DNA of 63,963 nucleotides, the filler included, from Bipalium vagum (taxonomy: Eukaryota): NCBI GenBank assembly GCA_037834085.1. It is 3 parts of 3 records of this genome, joined end to end, with 100 filler letters (N's around TTAATTAATTAA, not from the genome) between each part and the next. Parts side by side here need not be neighbours in the genome. Positions count along the whole stretch, not along the records: positions 25,053 to 48,137 come from JBBMKC010213477.1; positions 48,238 to 63,963 come from JBBMKC010149618.1; 1 more part is not named here. One strand, written 5' to 3'. The position numbers and the translations under genes were made by a program. The notes below the pieces were generated by a model. That model saw only the letters and a program-made list of their open reading frames with translations, had not been told where the DNA came from and searched no databases. Positions 42,001 to 53,374 of the stretch are shown one piece after another. Positions within the stretch are counted from its first letter, which is position 1; each line of letters opens with the position of its first letter.

Positions 42001-45000
42001 TTTATTAATCTTTTTCGAAGATGATTAAATTGTTGAATTGAATTTTTTAAATTTAACTAAGTTATTCTATTTATTTCTATTATTTTCAAATTTCAACTAT
42101 CATTATTGATATTTTTGAATAATAATAAGTTTGTAAGGAAAAAATGAGTTCGTACTAGGTAGTCACCAAAAATGTTATTCAATTTTGTATTTCAAAGCTG
42201 CGATCTCCTGACTAAATTATTGTATTAAACAATGCAATGCACGAGAAGAGTCCAAAATTGAATTTTGAAAATTAGCATTGTCCACAAATACGATCAACAA
42301 GAATCGATATTTACAATGTTAACTCTTCGAGATTTTTAATTTTTTCAATATTTTTTGTTTTTCATCCATCTAAAAAAAACAAAACAAGTTTTAGTGTCTA
42401 TGTATTGTTGTATAATCAATATCGATTCTTTGTATCTTTTTTTTTAAAAAAGAATCACTCATTTCTTTGAAGATTTGATTTGAACCAGGAAAACATTTAT
42501 TCATAAAATATACACACTTTTTTTTCTTCTAATTTTGGTTTCCACTAGGACTGTTCCGAAATTATTACAAAGAATTGCTGGAAAATCTGTACCCGTTGAA
42601 AAATTCACAGCCAAAAAGTCAAAGAGATTTTTCGAGCAAGGTGAAAATCTGGTTCTACCTGGCGTGGTAAATATCATCTGTTTCTATGACACTAGCGATC
42701 ATATTTTATTGGAGTTTTCAGGAATTGATTTTTATTTGGAATGGATTCAAATTGCTGAATGGAAATCGAGCGTGTCTTGAGAAAATGTTGGCCCTTTGTA
42801 CGAATACTTTAAATTCTTTGCAGCAGTCCCAAGTAACAGAGACCATTGGTACGTAGGTTTGCAGTGATCATTTTCGAGTTTTACCTTTTATCCTTCTCAT
42901 TCCTTACAGCGACAGAAAAGTCTCCGTATTACTATGACAATCTAGCACTGTCGACGTTGTTGAAAGCCGTCTGCTTGAGCTATTTAAATCAAAGACCAGA
43001 AGCCATAAATTTGATGAATACCGTTTTGTCATGGTTTTTCTTTTTTCTATTATCGTCATATCTTCTTTTTGTTCTTAATTTTTCTTTCCAGGAGCAAGAA
43101 AGTCAAAGAAGACCTTTACATCATGCCCTTCACAGAAATGGAACTGGCTCAAGTGGCTTTTTTCGAGAATCGTCTCGAAGATGTTAAGAATCATCTTCAG
43201 AACGCTAGGCAAGTAGTATTTAAGTATTGCTTTCTAAGAGAAAAGATTTGGTTATTGAAAATCTTTTTTGACTATTCAACCTTTATGTCTCTTCTCTTTT
43301 GATCAATTTTATTGTATTTCTTGAAATATTCATTGAAGAAATAGTATTGAATTGGTGAAGTACTTCAGAAACATAAAATCAATGCTAATAATTATTGGAT
43401 TAAAGAACTTTTATTGTTAGCATTTCAGCAAGGAAAACAACACAAGTGATTTAAACATTTATCAGAAACCGAAAGCAGTTTGTTGCACTTGAAATCATTT
43501 TTCCGTTTGTCGTGCATCAAACCATTTGATTCTTATCAGAAGAAAAGCAATTATGGGCCAGATCCACAAATCATGATCACTATCACCATTGAGGATAGTG
43601 ACTTAGAGAAACTTCACACTTTAAACAGAAAAGTGACTAGTTAAAAAGAATTTAGAAATTGATGCAAAAAATCGTCTTGTGAAAAAAGTATTTCTAATAT
43701 AAAGATTGATTGGTTTTGAAAAAGTTTTCTATGAAATCAACAGTTTCAGTGCCAGGGAAAAGGACCTTAGTGAATAGATTTTTTTGAAATTTCAATTATT
43801 GATATTTTTTCTGATTTTTGTTTTTTAAGTTTTTAAGAGCAAATTAAAAAATTGAAATCTGCATCTCGTAGTCATCGGAAATTTCACCATCATTATCATT
43901 CGTCAAGTATCTTTCACTGTCTTGGTCTCTTTCATCTTCATTTATTGCATTGAGATACCTGTTATCACGAGAATAATTGAACTTTACATTTCTATCTACC
44001 CGTGGTGTCCTCCTGTCGTCTCGTCTTCTTTCTATATGTGTGTAACAAATACTCTCCCATTGTCCCTGCAGACCACATCGATTACACTTCACAATAGGAC
44101 ACTGTTTTCGAACGTGACCTTTCACTCCACATGAAAAACAAGTCGGTTTCTTTCTCATATCACAATTTCTATTTATGTGTCCGATCTTTTTATTTATCTT
44201 CTCAATTTCAGCTCTACATTCGTCCATCTTCTTTATTGTCTTCTTGTGAAGAAGTACTTGTGAAGGCCGAAGGCAGAACTAAGAATAAAGAGAGATACGA
44301 AGGTCCGTACACGATGAACAGAAAAATTGATGAAAGGAGATATTCATTGGAAAAACAGTTGAAAAGAATGTGGAAAAAATTAAAAAATTCTTGAGAAGGG
44401 TGGATGTGTGTATTTAAACTGATTTCTAATTTTAAATTTTTTATATTGTGCATAATTTAAATTTTTAATTAATTGTAAATTTAATTTTAATATTTATTTA
44501 ATTTAATTTAAATATTTATGTTGAATTAATTTTTTAAAAAATTTTAATGGCACAATATAATAATTTATTAAAAAGGGAAATTTGTTTAAGTATTATTGTT
44601 TTAAAAAGCTTTTTTCAAAAAAATATTGTTTAAAATGACTTACCTTGTTGTATTATTATTTATTAATAATGATAATAATTATTATTATATGTTAAAACTA
44701 ATATTTTTCCTATTTTTTGCATTTCTTAACTTTTTATTTTTTATACTCATTTATTTGTGATTTTATAACTCGAGATAAAGAATGATCAACTAACTTATGC
44801 AATCTCATCATATATCCATTTTTGAAATTATACACTGATTTTCAGGTCTTACAAGGGTTATAGTTTAGAGTCGCGACTTCATTTTCGAATTAATGGTCTT
44901 AATGAATCTCTCCGTAAAGTTATGGATCCCGATAAATTATCAAATTCTGATAATTGTTGGGATCATATCTCGGATAAAGAAATGATCAATGAAATCGATG

Positions 45001-45077
45001 AATTCCATGACTGTGAATCGGAACACGATGACAAAAATTCAAACAATATTTTTTCAGAAGATGTGTTAATCAAATAA
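31146..45077 (+). CDS. TTC39B: Tetratricopeptide repeat protein 39 family (TTC39A/B-like, IML2 domain), 17 exons
   Basis: Exons 31146-31172, 31224-31264, 31326-31427, 34245-34320, 35119-35260, 35301-35433, 35500-35599, 35654-35719, 38923-39034, 39655-39788, 40377-40468, 40651-40824, 42549-42666, 42722-42848, 42910-43033, 43092-43208, 44846-45077; all phase-consistent. Motifs FLNNKFKEA, MYPALGYS..FMQA, HAELCYAECLL..IKGGLK, GVRIGVGGFNL.ISMLP..LKLVEFVGF.GNR, ICHWELMW, SRWSKA, RIAGKSVPVEKF, YSLESRLHFRI. The first two exons are less certain, and A versus B orthology cannot be resolved. Confidence 0.9.
34641..34700 (+). repeat. 20-bp AT-rich tandem repeat x3
   Basis: taactataattataaattca / taactataattatcaattaa / taactataattataaattaa. 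Confidence 0.7.
35768..35858. repeat. Palindromic (AAT)n(ATT)n microsatellite
   Basis: (AAT) run switches to (ATT) at ~35809, forming a spacerless inverted repeat. Confidence 0.9.
36740..37400 (+). mobile_element. Ty3/Gypsy-like gag remnant in TTC39 intron
   Basis: 157-aa ORF with gag-capsid-like pattern (DDVEKFI...RYF, YEDRL..AF, IQ.FF..I..L). Confidence 0.6.
41936..42000. repeat. Second palindromic (AAT)n(ATT)n microsatellite
   Basis: Same architecture as 35768-35858, centre at ~41965. Confidence 0.9.
43850..44235 (-). mobile_element. Retrotransposon gag nucleocapsid fragment with CCHC zinc knuckles
   Basis: GHINRNC, CFSCGVKGHVRKQC and CNRCGLQGQWESIC. Confidence 0.8.
44245..44410 (+). 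mobile_element. Gypsy integrase C-terminal (GPY/F) fragment with PPT-like tract
   Basis: EEVLVKAEGRTKNKERYEGPYT..RRYSLE, followed by purine-rich gagaagggtgga and TGT. Confidence 0.6.
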
Positions 45078-45315
45078 AGGAATAGAGGAAATAAAATTTT
45101 CTGAAATCCATATAACCTTGATCACCACCATTTTATTATAAAGAAAAAATAAAGATTTTGTCATTTTTGTTATTTGTTTTTTGATTTTGAAGTCTTAAAT
45201 TTAATCCTAATTAGGTTTTCATACAATTACTAATAATTCTCCTTTTTATTACACATTTAAAAAATTAATCTTTAGTAAATTAAAATCATATAAAGGAAAA
45301 TTCCGTTTTTGTACG

Positions 45316-45780
45316 TTAAATATATTTTAAATAAATTAAATTGAAAATTAGTAATAGTATATTCGAAAAAATTTTTCTATTATGTGTTCTAAAAACAAAT
45401 TTGTTATCTTTATCTCCAAAAGGAATGTCTACATAGTCATTTATTATCATTTCTTTATTGTCTTTTGTGGAGCGCCCATAATCATCATAAGTAAATCTTT
45501 TGAAGCACACAATAAAGTACTCAGAAATATCCGTAAATATTTGTGAGCTGGAAACTTTTGTTTTCTTATGACAATATTCGCAATTTTATTCATCGATCCT
45601 GTTTTGGGTGGAGTCCGTGATAATGCCGCTCAAATTATCGTTGACGATAATCACTATCACTATTTTCTGATCCAACAAATTTGGAGTGGAAATGTTTGAG
45701 TGATGACAAGTGTCACAGAACAGTCGACTATCATAACCGACACCACATAGAAACTTGTGGAAAGGCTCAAAGTAGTTACA
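45316..45780 (-). pseudogene. Intronless ubiquitin-specific protease (peptidase C19) fingers-domain fragment
   Basis: One frame with a single TAA: SRLFCDTCHHS...DE*NCEYCHKKT...ISEYFIVCFKRFTY..K..I. This gives two CxxC pairs plus the LKRF-type motif. No Cys box or His box visible. Confidence 0.65.
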
Positions 45781-47369
45781 CGGGATCTTTCCTCAAAGTC
45801 TGGTTATTATAACTACATATAAATAACATTTAAAAAATTACAATAAAACATGAAAAATTTAAGTCAAAATTTTTCACTTTTCAAAATCCCCTTTTGGCCA
45901 TTTTTTTTCTTTTTGATCCATTTTTCACGATTTTCTTCATTTTTTGAAAAGTGAAAAAATTAAAATTTTCAGTTTTCCAAACTCAGTTTTTTGACACTTT
46001 CACCATAAAATGATTTTTTCACTATTTTTAAACTTTTGTAGTGTTGGCACCCTTCCCATGACCCTTATTTTTCAAAACTCAGTTTTTCTTGCTTTTTTTC
46101 AAACAAATTAAAAATTGGGTTAAGTGAAGAAGTTACCACCATTTTTATTGGTTACTCAATCAGCCAATGAAAATCAATCAGCCAATTTGGTTATTATTTT
46201 TCGTACGCTCACATTGCAAATATACAAAATATTAGCAATTATGTATTTTTGGTTAACAAATTGTACTATTAAGTATGCATTTATTTAATAAAGCATTTTA
46301 AAACATTAATTTAATTTAGCAGAACGCGTTTTGACAGTTGTTTCTCTGTTCTTCACATTTGTTTTTTCTTTTCTTCACGTGTTCTAGGACCGGCATTGGG
46401 TATTTGATCGGCCGTAACTATTTTATCGTTATTTTCATTGTTTTAGTTATTAAAATGGTTTATAATTTCAGTCGAAGGTATCCACATTTCTTGAAACTTG
46501 CTCATACAGAATGTATAGGTATTTAATATATTTATGTTTTGAGCCTGAAATTGTTCCATTCTGTTGCACACTTCGCGTAATCCTAAATAATAAATGATAT
46601 GATACAAACAGTAAAGAAATAAAATACTTACTGTTAATATAATCTTGTGCCGTATGCGCCATGAATATTTTTAAAATAAAACCGATTAATTAAATCAATA
46701 TATTATTATTATAATTAAACAAATTTGTTTATTAATTAAAACTTAAACTTAATAAACTGTTTTCTAATACCTTTATAAAAAAGTTTTATTTTTGCCTTGT
46801 ATAGAAAATTATTATAATTTTATGGGTTATAAATTTTTTAACTATTTTAATTTTATTTACTTATTATAATTTTTAAACGTTTGAAACAATTTTATTACGC
46901 ATTTAAAATTATTAACTTTATAATCTTGCTACGTTATTTGCATAGATTGTAGAAGATTTTAGAATGAAATGTGTTATTTAAAAATATAGAATTTAATTTT
47001 GATTTTATTGGTATTTATTTTACTAAAATCGGAATTATAATTACAAAGATACTTGCAGTTAAAGTTTAAGTCAAATTAAAATTAATCAACTCTAAGTAGA
47101 AATTAAAGTAAAGTTTTCAAGTAAATATCTAAGTATGATGTTTTAAGATGGAATTAATGCAGCTTATTGTAACTTAAGAGATTTTGAAGCTAATACATAA
47201 TGTATTACAAGCCAGGATAATAAAAATGAGATAAATTAAAAAAATTTAAGTATAACATGTGATTTCTCATATTCATTCACATTCGTTCAAAATTGCTTAC
47301 TTTTCTTTTTCAAGCTACTTTAAATTTTTTCAATTTTTTTCTTAAAAAATAAAATTTTTAAAATTCAAA

Positions 47370-47940
47370 ATGTGTTTTCTTGATGAATATAAAAATGTTC
47401 AAGATTTTAATCCTGATACTTTAAGGCGATTTTCAAAATTAAAAATTTTAGATGATTTTACAAAAGCAAAATCTTCTAATCCAACTTTAACAAAAATCAA
47501 ATTGCTAAGAAAATTGGAACTTCTGTTTCAACTTTAAATCGAATTAGACAAGACTTACATATAAAATCTTTTTATTCTTTTATGATGTTCCAATGAAAAA
47601 ATCAAATAAAGTTCATAAAGAAGAAGATAAAAAATCTTGTACTTTTTGTAACAAAATTTGTGTAAGTGAAAATGGACTAAAAATTCATTTAAGAGTTGTA
47701 AAATATCAAAAAATCAAAATTTACAAATGTCACAAAATTATTCAAATTTTAAAATTTTAAAAATTATCAATATTCACAAAATAATCAAAATTTACAAAAC
47801 TCACCAAATTATCAGATAGGAGGAGAATCTAATATTTTAGAAAATTTTAAAAAATCAAATAGACCAGAAATCATAAAAGATTCACTAACAATGAATGATG
47901 TTGAAAAAATGGTGGATGGACAATTTCCTTCAAATTGATA
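47370..47940 (+). pseudogene. Frameshifted HTH + C2H2-like zinc-finger ORF, probably mobile-element cargo
   Basis: KSSNPTLTK/QIAKKIGTSVSTLNRIRQDL (HTH), CTFCNKICVSENGLKIHLR, then Q/N-rich 9-bp repeats; two frameshifts. Confidence 0.5.
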
Positions 47941-48137
47941 AATCTTATTTTTATTTTAAAAAAATAGAAGAAATAATGAATAATGTTAAAAAAAGATAAA
48001 GAAGATTTAACTGGAATAAAAGATAAAATTGAATTAGTTTTAAAAGAAAATTATGCTACTAAAAATAAAATATTACAAGACTACATAATTAATAATGAAG
48101 TGTTTCATAAAACGATGATAATTATGTCTGAAGAAAT

Positions 48138-48237
48138 NNNNNNNNNNNNNNNNNNNNNNNNNNNNNNNNNNNNNNNNNNNNTTAATTAATTAANNNNNNN
48201 NNNNNNNNNNNNNNNNNNNNNNNNNNNNNNNNNNNNN
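48138..48237. other. Assembly gap with artificial six-frame-stop linker
   Basis: 44 N + TTAATTAATTAA + 44 N. Confidence 0.95.
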
Positions 48238-48325
48238 TGTGCTTTAACATATTCTTCCATATATTTAAATATAAACTAAATTAAAGTAATTATAATTATA
48301 TATTTCCATCATTTGATGTAAATTA

Positions 48326-49090
48326 CAGGGGTGGCTCAAAACATATGGACGGCATTGTATTAAAAATTTCGACTCAGCGATTAACCCTTTAGTTAAACCA
48401 TTTTATTACAAAGGTTGAAGGTGCAAAATCTAAACTAGGAAGTTTTGGCCTCCACTCAGGGTTTCTCAGTTTTATGAATTTTCAAAGTTCAGTGCGACTT
48501 GTCGAGATGGAAAACAACTTTTTTGCTTATCATTTCTTGGCACTTTTTCTACACATATTCTCAGATCTCTATGTTTCTGTATAAGGAAATATATTTATTG
48601 TCTGATAAGATTCCAGATAGCAACACATTTTGATATATCGGTACTATTTCCAATCATCAATTTATCTCGGAAAATATTTTGCAATGTTCAAATTTTTTAA
48701 AGAATCAAGATCTTCGACATGTAAGAACGTCAGTCAAAAGAAGAAATTTCTAGTTTTACACCACCAAGGGCAGAAAATAGGGGTATACATTAACAGACAG
48801 GAAACATTGTTTAGAAAATAATTTTCTGGGTGCAAGGACAGCTCTTAGTAAAACATGAAGCTTGAAAGAGTTAGTTTTTAATTTTAAAAGCAGTTAAATG
48901 CCTCAGAGACGTTCAGAAAAGTTGTACTAATCTTAGAATTGGAACTGTAGCTTAATCTATTGCTAGACGTACTTTGTGAAGTCTAAGATGAGAAAGAAGC
49001 TAAAAATAAATCAAAGTCACACAGACCGCGTGAAGCCTATTGTCAACATGGCATTAAAGTAGTTGAAGGTCTTTGAATGTTGGCTGAAGA
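48326..49090 (+). mobile_element. Decayed Tc1/mariner-like 5' remnant
   Basis: TIR-like ta-caggggtggctcaaaac; fragments LNASETFRK and KSHRPRE resembling a mariner N-terminus. Confidence 0.4.
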
Positions 49091-49469
49091 TTTTTAAAGT
49101 CAACAGTCCATTTTATCATTATAAGATTATAAGAAGATAAAATGTTTATATGCATAATTTCAAAGTACCTTTCATTAAATTCTGTGGTGTAAAACTCAAG
49201 TGTAAAACGAAATATCTTTGTAAAAAATTATCTTTTTTCAAGAAAAAATAATTATATTTTTGTATGGTTCAATAATACATTATCTTTGAGATTAATATCA
49301 GATCACTGGTTTCAGTAATCATACGTAATTCACTTCTCATTTTCATTCAGAATTTTAAGATATTTAGAGTTGTCATATTTAAAGGTTAATCTAGTGTTCT
49401 ATAAAACCAATAAAATAAAATTATTAATAATAATAAAAAGAATAATGATAATTAAAAATAAATCAAAAA

Positions 49470-49631
49470 NNNNNNNNNNNNNNNNNNNNNNNNNNNNNNN
49501 NNNNNNNNNNNNNNNNNNNNNNNNNNNNNNNNNNNNNNNNNNNNNNNNNNNNNNNNNNNNNNNNNNNNNNNNNNNNNNNNNNNNNNNNNNNNNNNNNNNN
49601 NNNNNNNNNNNNNNNNNNNNNNNNNNNNNNN
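49470..49631. other. Assembly gap
   Basis: Run of N. Confidence 0.97.
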
Positions 49632-51201
49632 AAAACAAAAATGTTCATAAAAGAATAAAATTTTTTTAAAAATTATAAGAAAAATAAAATAAAGTTTACA
49701 TTAAAATAAAAAATAATTTTTCAATTAAAATATTAATATTTATATATTTTCACGATATAAGAAATTTTTTATTGATGTAAAAAGTACGTATTTTTATAAA
49801 AAGATATTTGTCATTTATAATTAACTGTTGAGATGTTGAGAAGAATTTCGTAAAGGTTTTATTATTATTATTATTTTAAATATTATGATTGGATTAAAAT
49901 GTCAAATTAAAAGTACTTTACACAGAAGGGAAATTTTCAGTAAAACATATTAAAAGTAATCCGAAAATCAAACAAGCCGAGAAAGTAAGAAACATATTTA
50001 AAATAAATCAAAAATAGTACAAAAAATAAAAATAATAATGGAAAATATTGATTTCATAATTTAATTTCTGAATATTTACCAATTAAAAATCGGGACCAAT
50101 TAATTAAAATATCTCAGTCATGTAATGAAATTTTGCTAATCCTATAGAAGAAGGGTTAAATATTCAGGGCACATTATTTATTTATTTTTATAATCTTTTA
50201 TGACGGCCATGATTAAAATTAAATTTTGGAAATGTTTTACCACAACAGCTGCGGTTGTTAAATGGTTATTTGAAATGGGTTTTTCTTTGGAAAGTTAAAT
50301 TTATTTTTGGTTTTAATTTACTTTTTCATTTTGGTTTATGATCAAAGAATAACCACTTGAGGAGATCTGAGACGTTTTCGATATGAAATCAATAAAGCTT
50401 TACGCGTACAACTGAAGATTTTAGATATTGGCCTGCGAAAACCAGCTCTCGGTCCCAATGATTTTCATAAGTCTCTTAGTGAAACGTTGAAAGGGCACGT
50501 CTCGCTCTCTCCATTTGCTTCCATGAATTAAATTAATTGAAATCATTTTGACGAACGTTTAAATAAATAAATCGCGTTTTGTCGCCACTGTCAAAAAGTG
50601 TTTTAAAGACCTATTTGATTGGTGAAGTGTTTCAACTATAGTTTATCTTAAAGCAGGGGTTTTGTAAATAATTGAACATTAAAGAATAAATTATTATTAA
50701 TAATTGTTGAAATATTCGTCAAAATATAAGATTAAGTAATTTTGATATAATAGTTTTTTTTCCAAGTAAATTCTCGTTATTTTCACCGAATATTGAGATA
50801 AAAACGAAAAAAGCGACGGATATTTTCATATTGTGAAAAAAAATGATAATAGTTTTTTTATTAAAACTTATAATTTTTTTTATTATATATTATTATTCGG
50901 AAGCAATAAATTTAAAATTGGTTACAATACTGTTTACCATAATGATATTTGTTTTAATATATTTCACAAATTAATTTTATATTTACATGGTTTGTGCTCA
51001 GTTTGAATTTGTGAAGCTACATTTTGAAAGTAGGAAAATCAATTTTAAATTCGTTAATAAATTCAAAATTGATTTTCCTATTTTAAAATGAAGGTACACA
51101 TTTTCAAAATGAGAGTAAAAACCGTCTTTTTTTAATATTGTAGTAAATAATTAATGTTTATTAATATACTTTTATTAAATTTTCATTCAAAATCTTATAC
51201 T

Positions 51202-51706
51202 TCAGAAAATTAATTTCTTAAAATGTCTAACGTAACCATTCTTCAACTCCTTGATTAGTTTGATGTTGGGTTCAGGCAAAAGTTCTGCAGCACTTTCAAA
51301 AACAAAAGATTTACACAAAAATGGTTTAAACAAATTCATCTTTTTTTGGCATAAAAAAATGTATTGATTAATTGATGATTTAGTAACAATTGGCAATGTT
51401 TTGAAAAATTTGTCCCATTTTTGGCTGAACTAAAAATATTTAATTATTTTTCAGCTTTCATTTACAGTTTGAAAAAATAATCTTATCTTTTCCAGAAATA
51501 TAAAATGTTTTAGACCCAAGTCTGATTTGGTAATAAATCTCATGTTTCCGTAACAGAATTTGAAATTTATTACTTATTTGTAAATTTAATGGAAATATTT
51601 GGATATATTTTGCTAAAGTTTTATGTGCAAATCGTAATGTTCGAAAGAAATCGACACCTAACCAGATAAACATTGCAAAAGAAACTGCCACAGACGACAT
51701 TTGCAA
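51202..51706 (-). CDS. Putative spliced gene of unknown function (3 exons)
   Basis: Exons ~51706-51574, 51521-51466 and 51429-51202, joined by 52- and 36-nt GT-AG introns, give one open frame with an N-terminal hydrophobic segment. No recognised family. Confidence 0.35.
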
Positions 51707-52021
51707 AGATTAACCTGAAGAGAAATAGCAGAAAGATTAGAAATTCAAAACCGAAATTCACTAAATTTCTCATAAAAGTTTATTTTTAATTTGATAGGAG
51801 AATTGTATTTTCTTTTTTGATTTTATTATTTTATCATTTATTATGTTATGGAAATTATGAATATGTTGGAATAAAGTTTTTACATTTTTAAGGAAATTAA
51901 TAGAAAAGATTATAATTATAATTATAAAGATTAAATTTGGAACGGGAAAAAGGCTGTAAATATCAACGATCAAAATAGTTATTAGAAAATCTATATCAGA
52001 ATTTCGTATCTTCGAAAATAA

Positions 52022-53095
52022 TAGGTTTAATTGAAAGTGAGCCTTTTTACAATATTGTTTCTTTATTTAAAAGTAATATAAATATTAAGTAAATATAAAA
52101 TAAAAACGTTTGTTTACTCAAATATTTTCTATCGTTAATAATAACTTTCTCCCATTTTTCAGGAAGCTGATGAATTTCTCGATAAAAGAAATTGCCATCT
52201 TTGGTGGCTATCCAATCAGTGATCCAGTTTTCAGCTTCCTCGAAGGATTGGAAACGCCTCTCGGAATTTGAATGTGCCATTGACCGAAAGAAATGCTAGT
52301 CAGAAGGGGCGCAGTCTGGTGAATAAGCTGCTTGAGTAGCACTTTTCATCGAAGCCACACTAACGTTTCCTGGACTCGTTTGTTGACGGGTGGCCGAGCG
52401 TTGTCATGCGGCAAAATTACTTTATGCTGCCTTTTCTCATATTCTGATCTTTTTTCGCACAATGCTTGGCTCGAATGTATTACATTTCCCCTGTAACCGC
52501 CTCATTTTGTTTTAGCAATTCATGATGGATCACATCCTCTTGGTTCCACCAGATGCTTAGTAGAGCCTTTTTTCAAGTTATTTTCCTCTTGTGTGTTGCT
52601 TTGCAGGGCTGTTCGGAATCGCAATTTTTTTTCTACATTTTAAGGTTTTCGAAAGAAATTCCCTTTCATACCCGTAATAATTCGGAGCAAGAAACTTCCT
52701 TTTTTCGAGCAAACAAAATTTCACTTATGACTTTACTTCTTTTCATGTCTTTCACCTTGAGCTCGTTTGGTACCCATCTTCCTACTTATTATACCTTTCC
52801 AATGGCTTTCAGACGTCTACTAATTGAAGATTGAGAAGCATTTAATGATTTAGCACGATTGGTTCACGTTTGGCACGGATATTCAGTCATGTAAACTTTC
52901 AGGTCTCGATCTAAAAAAAACTTTCGTTTCCTTGGCGCTCTTTATCTTCCACCATAATTTTTTCCCTTCGAATACGTCCAAACCATCTTTTGCAAACGGC
53001 TTTTGATAGATATTGTGCCCATAAGCCCCAACAAGGATTCTGTTAGTTTCTGCTGCAGATTTGTTTATAGCAAAATGAAAAAACATTAATTCGCC
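52022..53095 (-). mobile_element. Decayed mariner element
   Basis: KSAAETNRILVGAYG, WVPNELK, LSIWWNQEDVIHHELLK, HDNARP, YSPDCAPSD, FYREIHQLPEKWEKV. Confidence 0.92.
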
Positions 53096-53096
53096 A

Positions 53097-53160
53097 AAAT
53101 GTAGCTCAGAGCAGTCCTTGTGCATGTGAAGGTCCCGGGTTCGAAACCCGGTATCTCCGA
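53097..53160 (+). pseudogene. tRNA-Ala(TGC)-like pseudogene or SINE head
   Basis: atgtagctcag-agcagtccttgtgcatgtgaaggtcccgggttcgaaacccggtatctcc has an intact T-arm/B-box and the 3' acceptor strand of tRNA-Ala, but the D-loop is deleted and the 5' GGGG is lost. Confidence 0.7.
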
Positions 53161-53374
53161 TTTATTTTTAACTAACACAAATAATAATGAAAAATCAATA
53201 GATAATGTAATTTTCGTTATCAGTTAGGATTTTCTCGTATTTTCACTAGTTTGTCAAAACCTTTAGTCCAGAAATTTTTAGATCTTCTCAAAATGAAATT
53301 GGTTAGATTACTTCTCGGACGTAATACAGTTTACATAGTTAGATACACAACGTAAAAGATAAAAATCTGTTGAT

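Noticed and set aside
254-46662. In-frame TAA/TAG in otherwise open frames (caspase exon, USP, orphan ORF) suggesting stop-codon reassignment
   Set aside because: DNAJB13, TTC39 and the intact caspase exons have no internal stops over many hundreds of codons, and TTC39 and PRODH end in TAA and TAG. AT-biased decay explains the pattern.
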